This document shows positions 30,959 to 39,786 of a stretch of DNA of 64,000 nucleotides, one piece after another. The notes beneath the pieces were generated by a model, which searched no databases, had not been told where the DNA came from, and saw only the letters and a program-made list of their open reading frames with translations. The position numbers were made by a program, and so were the translations under genes. The stretch comes from Gemmatimonadales bacterium (GTDB lineage Bacteria > Gemmatimonadota > Gemmatimonadetes > Gemmatimonadales > GWC2-71-9): contig JBBCJC010000002.1 of assembly GCA_037189525.1 (NCBI GenBank), forward strand, positions 576,001-640,000, written 5' to 3'. Numbering within the stretch: position 1 is the stretch's first letter; each line of letters begins with the position of its first letter.

Positions 30959-31771
30959 TCAGGGCGCGGCGCGTGGCACCAGGCCGATGACCCGAACCGG
31001 GCCTCCCGACCCCTTGGCAATCTTCATCGGGAGCGCGATGAGCGTCGCGCCGACCGGGGGAAGGCCGTTGAGTCCGGCCAGATTTTCGAGCGCGATCCCG
31101 TTTTGGGCGCTCAGGATCCGATGAACCTGAAAATCAGCCGACGGGCCGTAGTCGATCGAGGGAGAATCGATTCCGAGCCCGGTGACCTGGCGCTCTTCGA
31201 CCAGCAGCCGGGCGGCGTCGGCGCCGAATCCGGGAAAATGCAGCTTCGAGGCATCGCCAGGCGTGGTGTCGCCGAAGTAGGCCATCCGGTTGCCCCAATG
31301 ACGATCCCACCCGGTCTTGAGCAGGACGAAGGCTCCGGCTGGAATCCGGCCATGCTGCTCCTCGAAGGCGGTTACCTCCTCGACCGACAGCCGCGCATCA
31401 CGATCCTCGGCCGCTCGAGCCGAGAGGTCGATCACCACGGCTTTGCTGACGAGCTGTTCGAGCGGAATCTGGTCGGCGGTGCGGCCGCCCTCGTGGAAAT
31501 GAATGGGTGCGTCGAGGTGAGTGCCACCGTGCTCGGGCGCGGCAAACGCGTAGGACGAGTAGAACCATCCGCCCGGCGTCGGCCCGTAGGCCAGCTCATC
31601 GAGACGAAACCCCGATGGCGAGGTCGGCCAGTACAACGTTTCGGGAGTAAATGCATGGGTCAGGTCGACCAGCGCAAAGCGGGAGACATCGAACTCGGCC
31701 GCGGGAGTCGACGGGCCGCAGCCGGCCAGCGCCGCGACCGACAGCAATAGTGTAGTGCGTTTCGTTGTCAT
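30959..31771 (-). CDS. cyclase/kynurenine formamidase family lipoprotein
   Basis: EHGGTHLDAPIH, LKTGW, HFPG, GIDSPSID, ENL, GSGGPVR; lipobox LAGC. Confidence 0.88.
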   Translation of the reverse strand: MTTKRTTLLLSVAALAGCGPSTPAAEFDVSRFALVDLTHAFTPETLYWPTSPSGFRLDELAYGPTPGGWFYSSYAFAAPEHGGTHLDAPIHFHEGGRTADQIPLEQLVSKAVVIDLSARAAEDRDARLSVEEVTAFEEQHGRIPAGAFVLLKTGWDRHWGNRMAYFGDTTPGDASKLHFPGFGADAARLLVEERQVTGLGIDSPSIDYGPSADFQVHRILSAQNGIALENLAGLNGLPPVGATLIALPMKIAKGSGGPVRVIGLVPRAAP

Positions 31772-31870
31772 GGGATTGTCCCGCGCCCGGAGCGCGCCAA
31801 CGGCGTTGTGCCAACAGGAATCCCAAGTATCTACCGCACCAGCGGGTCGGGCGGAAGATGGTCCGGTGGG

Positions 31871-32326
31871 TCAGTCCAGGAATTTGGGGACCGGGATATC
31901 GAGCCCCTTTCCCGGAAGCACCATCAGGGTCGACGCACCTCTCGCCAGCAGCCTCCCGTCCTCCGACCTGACCGTCGCCTCGGCGTAGGACACGGTCCGG
32001 CCACTGCGGACCAGGACCCCCTCGGCCACCAGGCGTCCCGGGTGCCCCGCCTCGAGATAGTTGAGTTTGAGGTCCACGTTGACGAGTCCGGCATCGGCCG
32101 GAATCGGGCCGAATGCTGCCCAGAAGGTCGCGGTGTCGACCAGGGTGGCAATCACGCCCCCGTGAACGATGCCGAACGGCTGGAGGTGCTCGGTCGCGGC
32201 ATCCAGTTCGATCCGGCACCGGTCCATTTCGATGTCGACCAAGCGCATCGAGATATGGTGCGGAAACGGGGCGGATTGAACCCGGGTGAACAGGGCGGTC
32301 AGGTAGGCCGGATTGAGACGTCGCAT
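31871..32326 (-). CDS. PaaI family thioesterase
   Basis: HLQPFGIVHGGVIATLVD, VDLKLNYL. Confidence 0.9.
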   Translation of the reverse strand: MRRLNPAYLTALFTRVQSAPFPHHISMRLVDIEMDRCRIELDAATEHLQPFGIVHGGVIATLVDTATFWAAFGPIPADAGLVNVDLKLNYLEAGHPGRLVAEGVLVRSGRTVSYAEATVRSEDGRLLARGASTLMVLPGKGLDIPVPKFLD

Positions 32327-32387
32327 CCCTGAAATTAAGTCAGAATGATCCTGTCTCCACCTCGTATGCCTCTCACGATAGCAATTT

Positions 32388-32468
32388 CGGCCACAATGGC
32401 AGTGCCGGTCTTAGTAGAAAGCGGCTGTGCTGTCATTGTGGCCGGTTTTGGTGGGCACGCCAGGTGCA
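32388..32468 (+). promoter_or_regulatory. 15-bp inverted repeat plus sigma54-like promoter upstream of hsp20
   Basis: CGGCCACAATGGCAG (32388-32402) and CTGTCATTGTGGCCG (32430-32444), 1 mismatch; GGGCACG-CCAG-GTGCA at 32453-32468. Confidence 0.55.
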
Positions 32469-32540
32469 TTTGGTCCTGGCAGTCGTGAGGCCGCATGTCT
32501 CACGGATCCAGAACAACCATCTCTGAGGAGGGATGATCCG

Positions 32541-32975
32541 ATGTTGGTTCGATGGATGGAGCGCCCGGCAGAGTCTCGGCGCGCGTGGCGCGAGGTGAAT
32601 CGTCTGTTCGATGAGACCTTCGGGTTGGCAAACGGCAACGGCGCGCAGAACGGGAACGGGTGGTTTCCGGCGGTAGACGTGACCGAGGATGCCCAGGCGT
32701 ACCGGGTGGCGCTCGAGTTACCCGGCGTGAAGGCGGCGGACGTCAAAGTCGAAGTGGACGGCAACCGATTGACGGTCAGCGGCGACAAGAAAGTCGAAGT
32801 CGATACCCCGACCCGATCCGAGCGGCGGTACGGCAGCTTCAGCCGAGTCTTCACGCTGCCAGAGACGGTCGACACCAATGGGATCGATGCGCGTTCGCAG
32901 GATGGGGTGCTGACCATCACGCTCCCCAAGGTCGAGAAGGCCAAGCCGCGGCAGATTGCCGTAACGGCGAGCTAA
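32541..32975 (+). CDS. small heat shock protein Hsp20/alpha-crystallin family
   Basis: PAVDVTE, ELPGV, ERRYGSFSRVFTLP, DGVLTITLPK; GAGGAGG RBS. Confidence 0.95.
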   Translation: MLVRWMERPAESRRAWREVNRLFDETFGLANGNGAQNGNGWFPAVDVTEDAQAYRVALELPGVKAADVKVEVDGNRLTVSGDKKVEVDTPTRSERRYGSFSRVFTLPETVDTNGIDARSQDGVLTITLPKVEKAKPRQIAVTAS

Positions 32976-33001
32976 GGACCCCCCGAGGCTTCTGCCTCAC
33001 C

Positions 33002-33047
33002 ACCGCCGCCGTGCGCACCCGGACCGGGTGATGTGCGGCGGCGGTTT
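33002..33047 (+). terminator. long GC hairpin after hsp20
   Basis: ACCGCCGCCG...CACCCG-GAC-CGGGTG...CGGCGGCGGT followed by a short T run. Confidence 0.55.
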
Positions 33048-33133
33048 GGCGTCGAGATCGGAAAACACCCTGGACGCCGCTTCGACCGCTGGCGATCTTG
33101 TTCGGGCACCCCCTGACCAGCACGAGGTTTTCC

Positions 33134-34282
33134 ATGTCGACGTCCCGTCGCCAGTTTCTTCGGCGTGTTTCCGCCAGCGTGGCCGCGATGCCGTTCGTGT
33201 CGGGCCGAGGGCTCGAGGCGGGGTGGGGTGAACCGAATCGGATCCGCGTGGCGGACCCCGCGAGTCTGATCTCTCTCGACAGCAACGAGAACCCCACCGG
33301 GCCGTCGTCCCGCGCCATGGCGGCCATTCGAGACGCCGTCGCCGAGGGAAACCGGTATCCCTATGAACTGGTAGCCGCCCTGCGCGAAAAGGCGGCAGCG
33401 TTCCATGGGGTGACTACCAAAGAGATCCTGCTGGGGTGCGGTTCGACCGAGCATCTTCGGATGATCGTCGACGCCTTTGCCACCCGAGGTTCCGGCCTCG
33501 TCGCGGCCACGCCCACCTATGAGGCGCCACTCAGTGCAGCACGGCGCCGCGGCATCCCGGTCGCGGCCCCGCCGCTCACTGCGGATCTTCGCCTCGATCT
33601 GGACGCCATGCTGAACGCGGCGGCCGGAGCAGGCCTCGTCTACCTCTGTAACCCGAACAATCCGACCGGAACCATCCGCAGCAAGAGCGACATCGAGGGA
33701 TTCATTCGGGCCGTCCTGGCCAAATCACCCAAAGCCACCATCGTCGTCGATGAAGCGTACTTCGAGTACGTCGACGACCCGGCCTACGACACCGTGGTTC
33801 CGCTGGCGCTGGCCGATCCGCGGGTGCTCGTGCTCCGGACCATGAGCAAGGTCTACGGGATGGCGGGGCTTCGAATCGGCTACGCGGTCGGTCACGCCGA
33901 TACCATCGCGGCGCTTGGTGCGCACAGTCTGAATCTCAATATCAATACGGTCGGCGCCGCCGGAGCCATTGCCAGTCTCGGCGACCAGGACCATGTGCGC
34001 AAGGAGCGGAAGCGGAACGGTGAGCTGCGCGCGTCGACCCGGGCGTTCTTCGAAAAGGCCGGCTATCAGGTCGCCGTGTCGCAGACCAACTTTCTCCTGG
34101 TCGACGTCCGTCAGCCGATTGCCGATTTCCGGAAGGCCTGCCAGGATCGAGGGGTGCTGATCGGCCGCCGCTTCGCTCCGCTCGAGACGCATGCGCGCAT
34201 CACGATCGGAACGAAGGACGAGATGAAGAAGGCCGTGAAGGTCTTTGCCGACGTGCTCGGCGTCAGCGCCCAGGCGGGGTGA
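33134..34282 (+). CDS. HisC-like class I/II PLP aminotransferase with Tat signal peptide
   Basis: SRRQFL; LDSNENP, CNPNNPTG, VDEAY, RTMSKVYGMAGLRIGY. Confidence 0.88.
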   Translation: MSTSRRQFLRRVSASVAAMPFVSGRGLEAGWGEPNRIRVADPASLISLDSNENPTGPSSRAMAAIRDAVAEGNRYPYELVAALREKAAAFHGVTTKEILLGCGSTEHLRMIVDAFATRGSGLVAATPTYEAPLSAARRRGIPVAAPPLTADLRLDLDAMLNAAAGAGLVYLCNPNNPTGTIRSKSDIEGFIRAVLAKSPKATIVVDEAYFEYVDDPAYDTVVPLALADPRVLVLRTMSKVYGMAGLRIGYAVGHADTIAALGAHSLNLNINTVGAAGAIASLGDQDHVRKERKRNGELRASTRAFFEKAGYQVAVSQTNFLLVDVRQPIADFRKACQDRGVLIGRRFAPLETHARITIGTKDEMKKAVKVFADVLGVSAQAG

Positions 34283-34385
34283 CCTGCCACGACAGCAACA
34301 TCAGCTGCAGCAGCAGGTACAGCGCCAGGAGCGGCATCAGCGCCGGCAGCAGCGGATGGGTACGACGGGAACGGTAGCGCATCAT
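34263..34385 (-). CDS. putative 40-aa single-pass membrane peptide
   Basis: MMRYRSRRTHPLLPALMPLLALYLLLQLMLLSWQVTPPGR; starts 10 nt after the S9 peptidase stop; CTG-dominated Leu codons. Confidence 0.45.
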   Translation of the reverse strand: MMRYRSRRTHPLLPALMPLLALYLLLQLMLLSWQVTPPGR

Positions 34386-34395
34386 TCCCAAGGTA

Positions 34396-36612
34396 TCACT
34401 GCCCCGCCGTTCCGTCCACGCGACCCTTCAGGTGCTCGTCGTACCACGCCACGATCCGGCGATGGAAGTCCAGGAAGTCGTTCCGGTCGTTCATCGGCGT
34501 CCCATGTCCCCCGTTCATGTAGTTGACCCAGGTGACCGGTTTGCCCAGCCGGCGGAGGGCGTAGTACATCTCCCGCGTGTTGCCCGCCGGCACGTTCGAA
34601 TCCTGCTCGCCGGTGATGAGGAGGAGCGGCGTCGTGATCCGGTCCGCGAACATCACCGCCGAGTGAGCGACATACTTCTGCGGCTGCTCCCACAGGGTTG
34701 CCCCGATCCGGTCCTGGCTCTTCTCGGCCGCGTGGATGTTGCGCACGCCAAGCCGCGGCGAATCGGTGTAGAAGCTGATGATGTCGACTTTGCCGGAGAT
34801 GTTGATCGCCGCTTTGAACCGCTTGGTCTGCGTCACCACCAGATTGGTGGCGTAACCGCCGTAGCTGATGCCCTGCAGGCCCAGCCGTGACGAATCGGCC
34901 ACGCCACGCTCGATCAGATGATTAGCCGCGGCGGTGACGCCCTTGAGCCAGCCCTCGCCCGGGAAGCCCGTCTCCAGCGCCACCGATGGCTGCACCACCA
35001 CGTAGCCGTTGGCCGTCAGCGTCGCGATGATCGACTCGAAACGTTCGTCGAAGAACGACTCGTAGACGTAGAAGATGGTTGGATAGGGTTTACCGCTTTG
35101 ATAGTCGGCCGGATAGTAGACTACGCCGAGCTGGCGCTGGCCGTCGACGTCGAGATAGTTGATCAGCTCGGTCTTGCCCACAGCGACTGCGTCGAACTGG
35201 GGGTTGGTGGCGACGAGCCGGCGTGGCGCGCTCAGGTCCGCGCCGGCTACGTAGAGATCGCCGGGCCTGGCGCCTTGGGAGACGGTAAACACCGCCGTCT
35301 GCCCGTTCCGGGAGAATTGCGGCGTGCTGTAGAGGCGGGTATCGCGTACGGCCGACGTGAGCGCGCCTGCGCGCCGATCGTAGCGCGCGAAGCCGCGTTC
35401 CCACTGCCGCCGGGCGGACACGGAGAGCTGCACCGTCTGGCGATCCTCGCTCCAGCCCACCACGGTGTAACGGGGCTGGGCAATCGAATCGTCGGTGGCC
35501 AGGAACTTCGACCGCGCGCCGGTGGCGGCGTCGATGAACCAGAGCCCTTCCGAATTGCTGGCGATCAGCTCGAGCCCGTCGGTGCTCACCCGGATTGGGG
35601 TGAAGCGTTCTTTGGCCAGGCTGTCGCGCGCGGCTTTGGTCGTGTCGCCCGGCGCGGGGGGCTTGAGCGAACCCGCGATCTGTTTGGGCGTCGAGTCGGT
35701 GACGCTGCCCACCCAGAGCTTGCCGTCCTTGGCGTAGGCGTACCGCAAGCCGTCGCGCGACCAGAGCGGCCGGATCCCTTTCGTCGACGGGACCACGACC
35801 CGGTCGGTGCGTCCCTGCCGCGCCAGCACACGCGACTCCGCGCCGAAGATCACATCGTAATCCGTCTTGGGTGTAGCGTCCGCAGCGTAGACGATCGTTG
35901 AATCATCCTCCGCGACGTGCCACTCGTTGATCATGCCTTCGGGCACCAGCTCCTCGAGTTTCTCGGTGGCGACATCATACGTCACGATGGCGCGCTGGTT
36001 CCCGCGGCGGCGAAGCTCATCCCAGGCCAGGAAGGGGTCTTTGCTCGACTGTACGAACACCGGCCCCTGGGTCATCTCGGCGAACCGTGCCTGTGTGGCC
36101 GTCTTCCAGGCGCGGCTTCGGACTGCGAACACGAGCCGAGTGCCCTGCCGGTTCCAGCGCAGCGTGCTGTTCTCCGCGACATATTTGTCGGCGGGGAGCC
36201 GGAGCGTGCGAGTGCGACCCGTGGTTCGATCCCACACGATCGGGACCAGTTCGTCGCCCTCGGTCCGCACCACCAGCGCCGCCAGGTAGCGGGCATCCGG
36301 CGTCCATGCCGCCGCGCGAACGGTGCGCGACGTGGGGAACACGGCCGTGGCGTTGCCGGTGGCCGTATTGATCGCCCAGAGCCGCGCGGGCGCCGGCCGG
36401 AGGTAGGTCGGGTCCATGTCGCGCCGGTAGTCGACGTCCAGGAGGTCCGCTCGGCTGCTGGAGAGCGCCGCCACCCAGGCGCCATCCTCGCTGATGTCCT
36501 GGATGCTGTAGGTCACCACCTCGAGCGCGTGCTCGGGAGTGAAACGGACCTGCTGTGCCGCGGCCGGTCCGGCGGCGACGACGATCGAGAGAGCGAGGCA
36601 GAGCGCGCGCAT
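34396..36612 (-). CDS. S9 family (prolyl oligopeptidase-like) peptidase, secreted
   Basis: GISYGG nucleophile, GEQDSNV, GGHG; beta-propeller N-terminus; signal peptide ending AAA-QQ. Confidence 0.9.
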   Translation of the reverse strand: MRALCLALSIVVAAGPAAAQQVRFTPEHALEVVTYSIQDISEDGAWVAALSSSRADLLDVDYRRDMDPTYLRPAPARLWAINTATGNATAVFPTSRTVRAAAWTPDARYLAALVVRTEGDELVPIVWDRTTGRTRTLRLPADKYVAENSTLRWNRQGTRLVFAVRSRAWKTATQARFAEMTQGPVFVQSSKDPFLAWDELRRRGNQRAIVTYDVATEKLEELVPEGMINEWHVAEDDSTIVYAADATPKTDYDVIFGAESRVLARQGRTDRVVVPSTKGIRPLWSRDGLRYAYAKDGKLWVGSVTDSTPKQIAGSLKPPAPGDTTKAARDSLAKERFTPIRVSTDGLELIASNSEGLWFIDAATGARSKFLATDDSIAQPRYTVVGWSEDRQTVQLSVSARRQWERGFARYDRRAGALTSAVRDTRLYSTPQFSRNGQTAVFTVSQGARPGDLYVAGADLSAPRRLVATNPQFDAVAVGKTELINYLDVDGQRQLGVVYYPADYQSGKPYPTIFYVYESFFDERFESIIATLTANGYVVVQPSVALETGFPGEGWLKGVTAAANHLIERGVADSSRLGLQGISYGGYATNLVVTQTKRFKAAINISGKVDIISFYTDSPRLGVRNIHAAEKSQDRIGATLWEQPQKYVAHSAVMFADRITTPLLLITGEQDSNVPAGNTREMYYALRRLGKPVTWVNYMNGGHGTPMNDRNDFLDFHRRIVAWYDEHLKGRVDGTAGQ

Positions 36613-36705
36613 GGGCCAATCCTGATTCGAGTCGAATGCGAGTAAGATACAGGCGGCGCGGTGTTGCGGAGGAGCGGCGCCGTCGCGACCCACCCGGGAG
36701 GCAGC

Positions 36706-37563
36706 GTGATTGGCATCATTGGAGGTAGCGGGCTTTACCGGATCGACGGCCTGGACGATCCGGTCTGGCGGAAGGTATCGACCGCGTGGGGCGAACCCTC
36801 CGACGAGCTCCTGACCGGCCGCCTCGATGGACATGACGTCGTCTTCCTGCCTCGGCACGGTCGCGGTCACAGTATCTCGCCGACTGACCTCAATTCCCGC
36901 GCGAATATTGCCGCACTCAAAGAGCTGGGCGTGACCGATGTCATCTCGCTGAGTGCCGTCGGTTCCCTGCGTGAGGATCTCCCGCCCGGTACCTTCGTGA
37001 TCGTCGATCAGTTCGTCGATCGCACCTTTGCCCGCACCAAGAGTTTCTTCGGCAGCGGGCTGGTCGGGCATGTCTCGATGGCCGATCCGGTCTGCTCGCG
37101 CATCGGCGACGCCCTCGAAGGGGCGGCCCGGTCGCTCGATCTCCCCGTCGTGCGCGGCGGGACCTATCTCGTGATGGAAGGGCCGCAGTTCTCGACCAGA
37201 GCCGAGTCCGAGCTCTACCGGAGCTGGGGTATGAGCGTGATCGGCATGACCAATATGCCGGAAGCGAAGCTGGCGCGGGAAGCGGAGCTGTGCTATGCCA
37301 CCGTGGCCATGGTCACCGATTTCGATTGCTGGCATCCCGATCATGCGGACGTGACGGTCGACCAGGTAGTCCGCGTCGTCCAGGAAAATGCGGACGCCGC
37401 GCGGCGGTTGGTGCGGAGTGCGATTCCACGTCTGGCTGCGCATCCCGATCCCTGCCCGAGCCGCTGCGACCGCGCCCTCGACCACGCCATCATGACCGCC
37501 CCGTCAGCCCGGGATCAAGAAGTCGTCAAATGGATGCGGAGCATCGCGGGGCGGGTCTTGTGA
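36706..37563 (+). CDS. mtnP: S-methyl-5'-thioadenosine phosphorylase
   Basis: IGIIGGSG, FLPRHGRGH, SAVGSLRE, MEGPQFSTRAES, GMTNMPEAKLAREAE, TDFDCW. Confidence 0.95.
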   Translation: MIGIIGGSGLYRIDGLDDPVWRKVSTAWGEPSDELLTGRLDGHDVVFLPRHGRGHSISPTDLNSRANIAALKELGVTDVISLSAVGSLREDLPPGTFVIVDQFVDRTFARTKSFFGSGLVGHVSMADPVCSRIGDALEGAARSLDLPVVRGGTYLVMEGPQFSTRAESELYRSWGMSVIGMTNMPEAKLAREAELCYATVAMVTDFDCWHPDHADVTVDQVVRVVQENADAARRLVRSAIPRLAAHPDPCPSRCDRALDHAIMTAPSARDQEVVKWMRSIAGRVL

Positions 37564-38090
37564 CCGATCTGCGCCAGTTGATTCGTTCGATTCCGGATTA
37601 TCCGAAGCCCGGGATCCTGTTCCGCGACATCACGACCTTGCTGGCCGACGCCGCGGGGTTTCGCGAAACCATTCGACGCCTGACCGCCAGGTACGAAGGG
37701 CAGGGCATCGCCAAGGTCGCCGCGATCGAGGCGCGCGGGTTCATCCCGGGGGGCGGGTTGGCCGAGCGGATCGGGGCGGGGTTCGTTCCGCTGCGCAAGC
37801 GGGGCAAGCTTCCGGGTGCGTCGGTCGGATTCGACTACCAGCTCGAATACGGCACCGATCGAATGGAAATCCATCGGGATGCCATTACCGCCGGAGAACG
37901 GGTCGTGCTCGTGGATGACCTGATCGCGACCGGTGGCACGGCGCTGGCCGGTCTACATCTACTGCGGTCGCTCGGTGCGCAGGTTGTCGAAGCCTGTTTC
38001 ATCATCGATCTGCCCGATCTGGGCGGCCGGCGCCGGCTCGAAGAGGCCGGCTGCCCGGCGTTCTGTCTGATGGAGTTCGAGGGGCACTGA
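37560..38090 (+). CDS. apt: adenine phosphoribosyltransferase
   Basis: IPDYPKPGILFRDIT, IEARGF, RKRGKLP, LEYG, VDDLIATGGT. Confidence 0.95.
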   Translation: MTDLRQLIRSIPDYPKPGILFRDITTLLADAAGFRETIRRLTARYEGQGIAKVAAIEARGFIPGGGLAERIGAGFVPLRKRGKLPGASVGFDYQLEYGTDRMEIHRDAITAGERVVLVDDLIATGGTALAGLHLLRSLGAQVVEACFIIDLPDLGGRRRLEEAGCPAFCLMEFEGH

Positions 38091-39130
38091 TGCGAGTCGC
38101 CGGAGAGTGGCATCGCACCATCGGCCTGAGCGCCGACGGATGGTCGGTCTCACTGATCGATCAGACAGTTCTGCCGGATCGCTTCCAGGTGATCCTGGTC
38201 ACCGATGTCGAGCAGATGGCCGAGGCGATCCGGACCATGCGGGTGCGGGGTGCGCCGCTGATCGGGGTTGCCGCGGCGTTCGGCATGGCGCTGGCCATGC
38301 GTCACGATGCGTCCGACGCGGGTCTCGAGCGCGCTTCCCGGTTGCTCGATGCCACTCGGCCCACGGCCGTCAATCTGCGCTGGGCGCTCGACCAGGTCGG
38401 GGCGGCACTGAGGCCGCTCGCGGTTGCCGATCGCCCGGCGCGTGCCTATCAAGTGGCTGAGCAACTGGCCGACGCGGACGTCGCGACCTGCCAGCAGATC
38501 GGAGCTCACGGGGCGTTGTTGCTTCGGTCCGCCTGGGAGGCTATCGATCGGGCCCGGCCGGTCGAGATCATGACGCACTGCAATGCCGGGTGGTTGGCCA
38601 CGGTCGACTGGGGCACCGCGATGGCGCCGGTGTATCATGCCCACGATGCGGGCGTCCCGCTCCACGTCTGGGTTTCGGAAACCCGGCCTCGCAACCAGGG
38701 CCTGCTGACGGCGTGGGAACTGGGCCAGCACGGGGTGCCGTACACCATCATCACAGACAACGCTGCCGGCCATCTCATGCGACGAGGCCGGGTCGACCTC
38801 TGCATCGTCGGCACCGATCGCGTTGCACAAAACGGCAATGTCGCCAATAAGGTCGGAACCTATCTCAAAGCGCTGGCGGCCTCCGACACCGGCGTGCCTT
38901 TCTATGTCGCGGCGCCGTCGGCCAGCATCGATTGGTCGGCACCGACCGGCGACCAGATCCCGATCGAAGAGCGAGCGGGGATCGAGCTCGGACACGGGAA
39001 GTTGCCGGTGGCCAACCCTGCCTTCGACATCACGCCGGCCCGGTTGGTCACCGCGCTGCTGACCGAGCGGGGCGTGACCGAGGCATCCGCTACCGGGCTG
39101 AGACGGCTCTTTCCCGAGCGAACGGAATGA
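38090..39130 (+). CDS. mtnA: methylthioribose-1-phosphate isomerase
   Basis: VRGAPLIG, TRPTAVNL, THCNAGWLA, ETRPRNQG, ANKVGTY, NPAFDITP. Confidence 0.95.
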   Translation: MRVAGEWHRTIGLSADGWSVSLIDQTVLPDRFQVILVTDVEQMAEAIRTMRVRGAPLIGVAAAFGMALAMRHDASDAGLERASRLLDATRPTAVNLRWALDQVGAALRPLAVADRPARAYQVAEQLADADVATCQQIGAHGALLLRSAWEAIDRARPVEIMTHCNAGWLATVDWGTAMAPVYHAHDAGVPLHVWVSETRPRNQGLLTAWELGQHGVPYTIITDNAAGHLMRRGRVDLCIVGTDRVAQNGNVANKVGTYLKALAASDTGVPFYVAAPSASIDWSAPTGDQIPIEERAGIELGHGKLPVANPAFDITPARLVTALLTERGVTEASATGLRRLFPERTE

Positions 39131-39783
39131 TCTACCGCGCGGAGCGTGATCAGGTGCTGGAGGCCGCTCGGCGGTGTGTCGCCCGGGGGCTGACGCACGG
39201 GACCTCGGGAAATGTGAGCATCCGGCTTGCAAGCGGCTTTGCGGTGACCCCGACCGGCCTCGATTGTACCGAGGCCGAGCGCGAAGATATCGTGGTGCTC
39301 GACGCTGAAGGAGTGCCGCTTGCTGGGGAGCGACGGGTGCCGTCGAGCGAGTGGCCGATGCATGCGAGGATTTATCAGGCCCGCCCCGAAGTGCGCGCGG
39401 TCGTGCACGGGCACAGTCCGTCCGCAACCGCGCTCGCCTGCCTGGGGCGGGAGATTCCGCCGATCCACTATATGATTGCGATTGCCGGCGGCGATTCGAT
39501 TCGCTGCGCACCGTACCGGCCGTTCGGCACTGATGAGCTGGCCGCTGTCGCGGTCGACGCGCTGGCCGGCCGCAAAGCCTGCCTGCTGGCCCATCACGGG
39601 TTTCTGGCCGTGGGCGAGTCGTTGCCGGAAGCGTTGTCGGTAGCTGGGGAAACGGAATTTTTGGCGGATCTATACTTGCGGCTGCTCCCCCTGGGTGAGC
39701 CGCCCCTCCTTTCGCGCGAGGCCATTGCGGACGCCCTCGCGCGATTTTCGACCTACGGCCAGCCTCGTACCTTGCCGTCCTGA
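39127..39783 (+). CDS. class II aldolase (FucA/Ald2-like)
   Basis: GTSGNVS, TPTG, PSSEWPMH, VVHGHS, LLAHHG. Confidence 0.9.
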   Translation: MIYRAERDQVLEAARRCVARGLTHGTSGNVSIRLASGFAVTPTGLDCTEAEREDIVVLDAEGVPLAGERRVPSSEWPMHARIYQARPEVRAVVHGHSPSATALACLGREIPPIHYMIAIAGGDSIRCAPYRPFGTDELAAVAVDALAGRKACLLAHHGFLAVGESLPEALSVAGETEFLADLYLRLLPLGEPPLLSREAIADALARFSTYGQPRTLPS

Positions 39784-39786
39784 GCG

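Noticed and set aside
34245..34526. Gln-rich + strand ORF / CAG repeats
   Set aside because: It is the reverse complement of the CTG (Leu) codons of the minus-strand microprotein, not a tandem repeat.
34396..37485. 1029-aa ORF suggesting a giant S9 peptidase fusion
   Set aside because: The first ~290 codons are antisense to mtnP; the real protein starts with a signal peptide at 36612.
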